A stretch of DNA of 5,182 nt from positions 1 through 5,182 of the forward strand of contig JAACJQ010000314.1 of the NCBI GenBank assembly GCA_016879935.1, given 5' to 3'. The position numbers and the translations under genes were made by a program. The notes beneath the pieces were generated by a model. The model worked only from the letters and a program-made list of their open reading frames with translations. It had not been told where the DNA came from and did not search any database. Below are positions 1 to 5,054 of the stretch, in pieces. This DNA comes from Archangiaceae bacterium. GTDB taxonomy: Bacteria; Myxococcota; Myxococcia; Myxococcales; Myxococcaceae. Position 1 is the stretch's first letter. Each line of letters starts with the position of its first letter.

Positions 1-345
1 CAGAAGGGAACCGCGCAGGGCATCAAGAACGCAGTGCGCTTCTTCCTCGGCATCGACATCGTGGCCATCACCGCGTTCAACGCCGACGCGCTGGTGCTCG
101 GCGAGTCACTGCTCGGAGTCGACTGGGTGCTCGGCCCCTCGGACCGCTTCGCAAAGTACGCGTTCAACGTCGTCGTCGCGCGCACTCTCACGCCAACCGA
201 GCGAAAGCACCTGCGCGCCATCGTCGAGTACCTGAAGCCGGCGCACACCCACTTCGTGGACCTCGTCGAGCCGTTCCCGCCAGTCGTGCCAGACCATTGG
301 GAGTTGGGAATCAGCGACCTCGGCGACACCTCCTGGCTCCACTGA
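1..345 (+). CDS. Phage tail/baseplate wedge protein, P2 gpI-like, C-terminal part (5' end lies outside the window)
   Basis: Frame 1 is open from base 1 ([17 protein letters not shown]...) to TGA 343-345, so the GTG at 34 in the ORF track is probably internal. Third codon positions are mostly G/C. Two motifs match what I recall of P2 gpI and related phage tail protein domains: KGTxxG(I/A)xxxxxxxLG near the start, and LKPAHTHF (P2 gpI has KPAsrHL). This is recognition from memory, not from a search. Confidence 0.6.
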   Translation, partial: QKGTAQGIKNAVRFFLGIDIVAITAFNADALVLGESLLGVDWVLGPSDRFAKYAFNVVVARTLTPTERKHLRAIVEYLKPAHTHFVDLVEPFPPVVPDHWELGISDLGDTSWLH

Positions 346-420
346 CGCAAGTAATTTCAAAGCCTTGAGATCCATGGACCTCGGATGTCAGTGTCGCCTC
401 ATATCTTACATGCACCCACA

Positions 421-428
421 AAGGAGGG
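421..428 (+). promoter_or_regulatory. Shine-Dalgarno sequence (AAGGAGGG) for the CDS starting at 432
   Basis: The GGAGG core at 423-427 lies 4 nt upstream of ATG 432. It sits at the end of an 86-bp intergenic stretch (346-431) that is visibly less GC-rich than the flanking coding DNA. Confidence 0.65.
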
Positions 429-431
429 TGC

Positions 432-1028
432 ATGAGGCGACAGAGCAAGAAGGAAGTCCCCACTGGTCCCGCGCTGAGGGGTGAGCAGGTCAGCGAGTTC
501 TGGGTCTGGCTTTGGTCGAGGCTCGATGGGCTCGAGCGGAGCGGGCGACAGGCGGAACTCGATGAAGCGCGGCGACTCGCCGTGGCTCTCGACCGCTCGG
601 TAGAGCATCAAGCTGGCTTCGATTACCCGAGCGCTCGCTTCACGCGGGACCAAAGCCCCGTGTCCACCGCGCTCTTGGGTCACTACGTGCTGACGAGGAT
701 CGAGCGGCAGGCAGACGACACCGAGGAGGCGCGAGGCCGGCTCGAGTTGCTCAACGCCGCCGCTGCTCTTCTCGGCCAGCTTCTGCACCTGGACTTCAGC
801 AAGCAGCCCGAACACTTCGAACGCCTCGGGATCGGAATCGGGAAGCGCAGTGTCTTCCGTCCCGAGGTCCGAGAGGGCATCACGATCGAGTCCTTGGACG
901 AGGGGCCCACGTTGCCCGCAGAGCGAAAGGTCAGAGACGAACAGGCGCGCCTCGCCTTCGAGGCTCGGTGGAAGGCGATGCGCGACAGACCCAGAGCGCG
1001 ACGGCAACTCGGCGAGGTGACGCGATGA
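432..1028 (+). CDS. Hypothetical protein, 198 aa, predicted helical and charged, no domain recognised
   Basis: ATG follows a strong SD. G/C dominates third positions in this frame, whereas the overlapping minus-strand ORF 399-1007 has no such support. The TGA stop (1026-1028) overlaps the ATG of the next gene (1025-1027), suggesting translational coupling. Confidence 0.8.
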   Translation: MRRQSKKEVPTGPALRGEQVSEFWVWLWSRLDGLERSGRQAELDEARRLAVALDRSVEHQAGFDYPSARFTRDQSPVSTALLGHYVLTRIERQADDTEEARGRLELLNAAAALLGQLLHLDFSKQPEHFERLGIGIGKRSVFRPEVREGITIESLDEGPTLPAERKVRDEQARLAFEARWKAMRDRPRARRQLGEVTR

Positions 1029-3001
1029 ACCGCGAGCACGCGCTCCGGTTTCTGACCGCGCTCACCGCCAGCAGAGTGACGACCATCGGCTTGGAGGTTC
1101 AGCCGACTGAGCACTCGACGCTCATGGCGAGGACGCTGCGAACCTTCATCGACGTGTTCCCGGAAGGGCGCGCAGATGAGCTCGTCTACGAGCGCCTGGG
1201 CCGACCCGCGGACCCCTCCCGGCTCGCCTCTTTCATCGCAGAGGTCGATGCGTTGAAGGGTTTTGGACGGGCAGGCGAGACCGCGACGCAGTCACACTTT
1301 CGCGGCATCGCCTTCCTTCTCGAAGGAGCCCAGCGGCCGCTCGAACACAAGCCGCCCGAGACACCGCGCGTCGTTCCGCGGCCCTCGAGTCGCCAGGCCC
1401 TCTGGTGCGTCTCCGCGGTCGAACGCCTCGCTTGGCCTGAGGGCCTCTCCTCCGAGGAGCGCAGCCGACTGAGGTCCGAAATGAAAGAGGTCATCGCAGC
1501 ATGGGCCGAAGAGGTGCACCTCGCGACCGAAGATGGGAGGTGTCCCGACTGCGCCAACGGCTACCTGCAGGAACTCGACGCGACTGCGCACGTCATGGCC
1601 TGTACCGGTCACCCCGCCATGGCCCAGCTCGAGGCCGTCCGCGTCGCTGCGCAGATCGGTGGAGCGGAGCTCGCGTCGGACGATGTCCACCTTCTCCTCC
1701 CTGCCCCATCCCGTTCCGCGTACGGAAGCGATTGGGAGGCCGCCGACGCCCTCGCATTTCTTCTCGAATCGCCAGCCCAACGTGGTGCACGCCGCCGACA
1801 ACCAGAGCACCCGGTCGCCTTGCTCTCCCGTGTCGGCAAAGAGTGGGCACACTTCGTGGACCGCACGACCGACCCATGCCCTTGGTGCGGCGCGGTCCTT
1901 CCCCTCGCGCAGTTCCACAGCCACCTTCGGTCTTGCGACCATCACCCTGCCGCGCAGGCAGCGCAGCGCATCCGAAGTTCTCACCCTGTCCCCATCGGTC
2001 TCGAGAGGGTGCTGCTCGCCAGACTGAGCGCCCGTCGGGAACTGGCACTGCTCAGCCAGGCCAGCGAGAGGTTCGACGCAGACATGGGCTGGGCCGGCGA
2101 AGCTGGGTACTCGGACAAGTACTCCGAGGCCCCCTGGCGCGCGGCAATTGAGCGGGCCGGAAAGCACCTCGGCCTGCCCGAGCGCACCCCTCAGTTCCCC
2201 CGCCCGGAAGGCTCCTCAGTTCGCGAATCAATGACGAGGCTGCTCTCTCCGGCGCCACAGCCGCGCGACGTGACGATCTCCGACATCGCCACCATCCGAG
2301 CGGCTGATGTGCAGTTCGAGGACTGGGTCAGCACCATCGGCTTCGCGACCACTTGTCCCGCGTGCCGCCGCAAAGGGATTCCGAAGGCCGACCTCGCCGC
2401 CCATCTCGAGGAGTGCCCGCTCCACCCTGCAGTCCGCTCAGCTCGCGGGGTCGCGGCGCTTCGGCAAGTCCGCGAAGGCGTCGACGTTCCGCCGCTTCTG
2501 CTTGGCGAGTACAACCCCGAGGACTACCGCGACCGGCTCAGCGACTACCTTCGCGGCAAACGAGCGGAGACCCTCGCGACGCTCTACGAGTTCGAGGCGT
2601 CGGAGCTGTCGAAGGACCAGGCGGCAGACCTGCTTCGTTTCGTGCGGAACTGGGAAGAACTTCAACTCGTCGCGGCGCGCTCGCCCTGCCCGTGGTGCGG
2701 CGCAGCCGATCGCAGCGCAGAGCACCTGATGGTCTGCGTGAAGCACCCGGCCATCAGCGATGCGCAGCCTCGAAGTCAGCTTGAAGCGCTCGCCCTCCAA
2801 CTCCAATTCGAGGCCGACCAATGCGCGGTTCGATTGGCGCGACTGCACGAGGCCTGCAAAGCGTTCTGGAACGGCATGAGTGACGGCGACGACGGGAAGT
2901 CCATCTCCAACCCCAGGATCGAGGCGATGTGGAGCGAGGCGCAACAAGAGGCACGCGACCTCCTGGCGACCATCAAGGAGCGTCCCTCAGTCGGCACGTA
3001 G
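1025..3001 (+). CDS. Large hypothetical protein (658 aa from ATG 1025) with four repeated CPxC-x(8-12)-H-x3-C-x2-HP zinc-finger-like modules
   Basis: Long ORF with strong GC3 bias. I prefer ATG 1025 over the track's GTG 968. It has GAGG (1014-1017) 7 nt upstream and forms an ATGA overlap with the upstream stop, and 968-1024 shows the coding bias of the upstream gene's frame instead. The four Cys/His modules are listed as separate features. Confidence 0.85.
   Translation: MNREHALRFLTALTASRVTTIGLEVQPTEHSTLMARTLRTFIDVFPEGRADELVYERLGRPADPSRLASFIAEVDALKGFGRAGETATQSHFRGIAFLLEGAQRPLEHKPPETPRVVPRPSSRQALWCVSAVERLAWPEGLSSEERSRLRSEMKEVIAAWAEEVHLATEDGRCPDCANGYLQELDATAHVMACTGHPAMAQLEAVRVAAQIGGAELASDDVHLLLPAPSRSAYGSDWEAADALAFLLESPAQRGARRRQPEHPVALLSRVGKEWAHFVDRTTDPCPWCGAVLPLAQFHSHLRSCDHHPAAQAAQRIRSSHPVPIGLERVLLARLSARRELALLSQASERFDADMGWAGEAGYSDKYSEAPWRAAIERAGKHLGLPERTPQFPRPEGSSVRESMTRLLSPAPQPRDVTISDIATIRAADVQFEDWVSTIGFATTCPACRRKGIPKADLAAHLEECPLHPAVRSARGVAALRQVREGVDVPPLLLGEYNPEDYRDRLSDYLRGKRAETLATLYEFEASELSKDQAADLLRFVRNWEELQLVAARSPCPWCGAADRSAEHLMVCVKHPAISDAQPRSQLEALALQLQFEADQCAVRLARLHEACKAFWNGMSDGDDGKSISNPRIEAMWSEAQQEARDLLATIKERPSVGT
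1541..1614 (+). other. Zinc-finger-like module 1: CPDC-ANGYLQELDATA-H-VMA-C-TG-HP
   Basis: Read directly from codons tgt ccc gac tgc ... cac gtc atg gcc tgt acc ggt cac ccc. It has C-x2-C ... H-x3-C spacing, with a Trp 14 residues upstream (AAWAEEVHLATEDGR). Confidence 0.6.
1877..1948 (+). other. Zinc-finger-like module 2: CPWC-GAVLPLAQFHS-H-LRS-C-DH-HP
   Basis: Read directly from the codons. It has the same C-x2-C ... H-x3-C-x2-HP pattern and is preceded by KEWAHFVDRTTDP. Confidence 0.6.
2354..2428 (+). other. Zinc-finger-like module 3: CPAC-RRKGIPKADLAA-H-LEE-C-PL-HP
   Basis: Read directly from the codons and preceded by FEDWVSTIGFATT. This copy most resembles the Rad18/UBZ4-type C2HC finger pattern (CPxC..ip...l..Hl..C). 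Confidence 0.6.
2687..2749 (+). other. Zinc-finger-like module 4: CPWC-GAADRSAE-H-LMV-C-VK-HP
   Basis: Read directly from the codons and preceded by RNWEELQLVAARSP. It has the shortest spacer of the four copies. Confidence 0.6.
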
Positions 3002-3047
3002 CGAGCTTTGTCCTCGGCGCTGGTCCACGACCTTCGCCGAGAACTCA

Positions 3048-4097
3048 ATGCCCGGATCGCACGTCCTGCTCGTCTACCGAAACACCGCGAAGGCCAGTTC
3101 GCTCGGCAGCGCGATCGGTCTTGGGGTCAACGCGCTCCACTCGGTTCGTGTGCTGCGTCGCGCGGGCATCGAGGTGGACGCGACAGCGGCGGGCGAGCCA
3201 CCTGACGTTCACCGGGCGCTCGCTGCGCGGCCGACGGTGACTCACTGCGTGCTCGAGGCGCCGTGGGTCAGCCGCGCGCCGATGCTCGAGTTGCTCCACG
3301 CGTTTCCCCATGTGCACTTCCTCGTGCGGAGCCACTCGCAGATCGCCTTCCTCCAGGTGGAGCCATCGGCGATTCAGTTGCTCCGCGAACTCCTGGTGCT
3401 CCAGGAGAACTTCCTCAACCTCACCGTCGCGGCGAACAGCCTCGAGCTGAAGCACTTCTTCGAGACCGCGTACGGCGGCCACACGCTGTACCTCCCGAAC
3501 CTCTACGACCTCGAGCGCGTGCACCGTCGCCGCGGCCGCGAGCACGCTCATCGGCTCCTCAGGGTCGGCAGCTTCGGCGCGCTCCGGCTGCTGAAGAACC
3601 ACACGACGGCGGCCGCGGCGGCGCTCATGCTCGCTCGCAAGCGGGACTGCGACCTCGAGTTCTCGGTGTCGGTCGAGAACGACACGATGGGCGGAGGCGC
3701 GGTGCTCGACGCACTCCGGAAGATGTTCACCGGCCTCCGCTGGGTGCGGCTGGTCGAACACCCGTGGCAAGACTGGGCGAGCTTCCGGCGAACGGTCGGA
3801 GGGATGGACCTCTGCCTCCAGGTCTCGATGACCGAGACCTTCAACGTCGCGACAGCCGACGCGGTCGCGGAGGGAGTGCCCTCGGTGGTGAGCCCCGCCA
3901 TCGAGTGGGCGCCCGACTACTGGAAGGCCGACCCCGACCGCCTCGACGACATCGTGCGCATCGGTGGCGCGTTGCTCTCGTGCCCCGACGCAGCGGAAGA
4001 CGGGCTCGCCGCACTCTCGTGCTTCACCGAGGACGCCGTGCGCCGCTGGCTCGACTACCTGTCTGGGCCTCCGGGACGCCACGTTCGCGCCGCGTAG
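3048..4097 (+). CDS. Glycosyltransferase, GT-B fold, GT4/GT1-like (349 aa)
   Basis: ATG 3048 is the first start after the upstream TAG (2999-3001); the track's ATG 2880 would overlap the previous gene by about 120 nt. The C-terminal half reads like a GT-B donor-binding domain. RVGSFGALRLLKNHTTAAAAALMLARK matches the usual vGrl...KG...li.A pattern. MTETFNVATADAVAEGVPSVVS matches the E-x7-(E/D)...G.P.V motif of GT4 enzymes, here with Asp as the second acid. The N-terminus HVLLVY...SLGSAIGLGVNALHSVRVLRRAGIEV fits a Rossmann-like first strand and helix. The SD is weak (GAGAA). Confidence 0.7.
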   Translation: MPGSHVLLVYRNTAKASSLGSAIGLGVNALHSVRVLRRAGIEVDATAAGEPPDVHRALAARPTVTHCVLEAPWVSRAPMLELLHAFPHVHFLVRSHSQIAFLQVEPSAIQLLRELLVLQENFLNLTVAANSLELKHFFETAYGGHTLYLPNLYDLERVHRRRGREHAHRLLRVGSFGALRLLKNHTTAAAAALMLARKRDCDLEFSVSVENDTMGGGAVLDALRKMFTGLRWVRLVEHPWQDWASFRRTVGGMDLCLQVSMTETFNVATADAVAEGVPSVVSPAIEWAPDYWKADPDRLDDIVRIGGALLSCPDAAEDGLAALSCFTEDAVRRWLDYLSGPPGRHVRAA

Positions 4098-4129
4098 CGC
4101 ATTGTCAGGCCGTCCCACCTTGCGCCGTC

Positions 4130-4134
4130 GAGGA
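4130..4134 (+). promoter_or_regulatory. Shine-Dalgarno-like GAGGA, 8 nt upstream of ATG 4143
   Basis: GAGGA at 4130-4134, spacer at 4135-4142, ATG at 4143-4145. Confidence 0.45.
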
Positions 4135-4142
4135 CCTTGGTT

Positions 4143-4196
4143 ATGGTTTCCGTCATGAGCCGCGCTGAACATTGCCGCCGACATTGCTGCAGCTGA
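4143..4196 (+). CDS. 17-codon leader ORF (MVSVMSRAEHCRRHCCS), one frame off from the downstream PTH2-like frame; possibly the true 5' end of that gene
   Basis: ATG 4143 has a properly spaced SD, and there is a second in-frame ATG at 4155. The frame ends at TGA 4194-4196. It contains two in-frame CAT codons inside a direct repeat CATTGC (4170-4175 and 4182-4187). It overlaps the open part of the PTH2-like frame across 4159-4196. Confidence 0.35.
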   Translation: MVSVMSRAEHCRRHCCS

Positions 4197-4551
4197 TTCG
4201 TCGCTCCTCCTCCACCACTACTGCATCGTCCGGCGCGACGTTCCCCTCGGGGTTCAATTCGCCCAGCTGATTCATGCGGCGGGAGAATCGTCTCCCGGCT
4301 CGCTGCCTCCCGGCACGCACGCGGTTGCCCTTCACGCCGACTCCGAATCGGAGTTGCTGCGTGTCGAAGCCCGCCTCGCCGAAGCGGGGCTTCCTTTTGT
4401 CGCCGTTCGAGAACCCGATCCGCCCTGGGGTGGCGCGTTGATGGCCATTGGCCTCCGCCCGCTTCGGCGGTCCCCCGAACTCCGCAGGTTGCTCTCACGC
4501 CTGCGGTTGGCCGGACCGTCGCTCACCCACACCACAGGAGAACCACGATGA
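4159..4551 (+). CDS. PTH2-like protein (peptidyl-tRNA hydrolase 2 superfamily fold); open frame without a canonical start codon, apparently needing a +1 shift from the 4143 leader
   Basis: This frame translates as AALNIAADIAAADSSLLLHHYCIVRRDVPLGVQFAQLIHAAGESSPGSLPPGTHAVALHADSESELLRVEARLAEAGLPFVAVREPDPPWGGALMAIGLRPLRRSPELRRLLSRLRLAGPSLTHTTGEPR*. It parallels the Pth2/PTRH2 pattern VVRxDLxMGxGKxAAQxxHAA ... vvvkaxdEeeLxxLxxxAxxxGLxxxxIxDAGrT...tvLgIGP...hLKL. The DAGxT segment is not conserved (REPDPPW here), so activity is uncertain. GC3 bias supports this frame. The frame is closed by TGA 4156-4158, and the first ATG/GTG/TTG is TTG 4354 (the 65-aa track ORF), which would remove the N-terminal half of the domain. 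The stop TGA 4549-4551 overlaps the next ATG. Confidence 0.6.
   Translation, partial: AALNIAADIAAADSSLLLHHYCIVRRDVPLGVQFAQLIHAAGESSPGSLPPGTHAVALHADSESELLRVEARLAEAGLPFVAVREPDPPWGGALMAIGLRPLRRSPELRRLLSRLRLAGPSLTHTTGEPR
4536..4540 (+). promoter_or_regulatory. Shine-Dalgarno AGGAG for the CDS starting at 4548
   Basis: AGGAG lies 7 nt upstream of ATG 4548, embedded in the 3' end of the PTH2-like frame. Confidence 0.6.
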
Positions 4552-4913
4552 AACTCGACCTCACTCGATGGCGGGAGGCGCTCGTGCGCTTCGAAGCCGA
4601 ACTCAAGCACTTGAAGAACCAGCGTCGACAACCTCGCGCTCCTCGCGAGTCGTTCAACTACGCGCCGCTGCTCCTCGCCAAGGCGGAGGTCACGCGGCTT
4701 TACTGCCTGCGCAGGCACCTCAAGGGAAAGCTCCACGCCACGGGTCAATTGTGGTGCGTGCGGAGCGTGTCGGGGCGAGCGTACGTGCAGGTGCACCCCA
4801 CAACTGACCTCGCCACACAGGAAGCGTTGGTGCGCTCAATCGATGGCTGGATGGAGTCGGTCGTCGTCCAGGAGGAAGCCGTCGTCCAGCCTGCAGCGCC
4901 GACGACTGGGTAA
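4548..4913 (+). CDS. Hypothetical protein, 121 aa, no domain recognised
   Basis: It has an SD plus ATG and an ATGA overlap with the upstream stop. GC3 bias is present and the stop is TAA at 4911-4913. The N-terminal approximately 25 residues look helical and charged (MKLDLTRWREALVRFEAELKHLKNQ). Confidence 0.8.
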   Translation: MKLDLTRWREALVRFEAELKHLKNQRRQPRAPRESFNYAPLLLAKAEVTRLYCLRRHLKGKLHATGQLWCVRSVSGRAYVQVHPTTDLATQEALVRSIDGWMESVVVQEEAVVQPAAPTTG

Positions 4914-4926
4914 GGTCCTCGCTGAA

Positions 4927-5001
4927 GGCTCCGTAGCTCCAATGGCAGAGCGCCCGGAGTAATGACCCGGGAGGTTGCGGGTTCAAGTCCCGCCGGGGTC
5001 A
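4927..5001 (+). tRNA. tRNA-like gene with an expanded 9-nt anticodon loop; isotype undetermined; no encoded CCA
   Basis: Manual fold: acceptor GGCUCCG / CGGGGUC (7 bp, two G-U pairs); U8 A9; D stem GCUC/GAGC with loop CAAUGGCA (GG present); G26; anticodon stem CCCGG/CCGGG (4953-4957 with 4967-4971); loop AGUAAUGAC (4958-4966, 9 nt); variable AGGUU; T stem GCGGG/CCCGC with canonical loop UUCAAGU; discriminator A5001. The A15/U48 combination is compatible with a Levitt pair. Deviations are the 9-nt anticodon loop and a C where A14 is expected. Confidence 0.7.
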
Positions 5002-5054
5002 CTCCCCACATCCAGTCCCCTTCGGCCCGCGCGCGGCGCTTTGGAACCACGCGC

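Noticed and set aside
399-1007. Minus-strand 202-aa ORF (also 683-1114 minus), antisense to the 198-aa gene
   Set aside because: There is no SD. The composition is typical of a high-GC antisense shadow frame. The plus-strand frame has the G/C third-position bias, a strong SD and stop/start coupling.
968-1024. GTG 968 as the start of the large protein
   Set aside because: It would overlap the upstream gene by 61 nt in a segment whose codon bias follows the upstream frame. ATG 1025 has an SD and an ATGA overlap.
1186-2947. Numerous minus-strand and off-frame plus-strand ORFs inside the zinc-finger gene (for example 1292-2167 minus, 1501-2151 plus, 2438-2947 minus)
   Set aside because: Their translations are Arg/Pro/Gly/Ser-rich and low in complexity, as expected for alternative frames of GC-rich coding DNA. 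They all lie wholly within a longer ORF that has coherent motifs.
2880-3047. ATG 2880 as the start of the glycosyltransferase
   Set aside because: It overlaps the end of the previous gene by about 120 nt and encodes an Arg/Ser/Pro-rich, non-domain extension. ATG 3048 immediately precedes a Rossmann-like N-terminus.
4170-4174. Five-base pairing of loop UAAUG with CAUUG (U-G wobble) at both repeat copies
   Set aside because: A five-base step would move the ribosome into the third frame, which terminates at TGA 4268-4270 and has no domain-like sequence. Only four-base reading reaches the PTH2-like frame.
3045-4184. Minus-strand 379-aa ORF and plus-strand 301-aa ORF (3263-4168) overlapping the glycosyltransferase
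   Set aside because: Both are Arg/Pro-rich shadow frames. Only the 3048-4097 frame has a recognisable fold signature and codon bias.
4055-4498. Minus-strand 147-aa ORF (and 4153-4335 minus, 4332-4796 minus) across the PTH2-like region
   Set aside because: These are Arg/Gly-rich antisense shadows with no ribosome-binding site and no recognisable sequence features.
4354-4551. The 65-aa ORF starting at TTG 4354 as an independent gene
   Set aside because: The same frame is open, codon-biased and PTH2-like for a further 195 nt upstream. TTG 4354 would give only the C-terminal half of a domain and has no SD.
5027-5040. Palindrome CCGCGCGCGG followed by CGCTTT as a terminator after the tRNA
   Set aside because: Allowing for a loop, the stem would be only about 3 bp and the T-tract is only 3 nt. 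This is not a convincing intrinsic terminator.
4962-5054. ATG 4962 as an upstream start for the last CDS (the frame is open from 4926 through the tRNA)
   Set aside because: That ATG lies inside the anticodon loop of a well-folding tRNA. Codon third positions are mixed until 5055, after which they become almost uniformly G/C.
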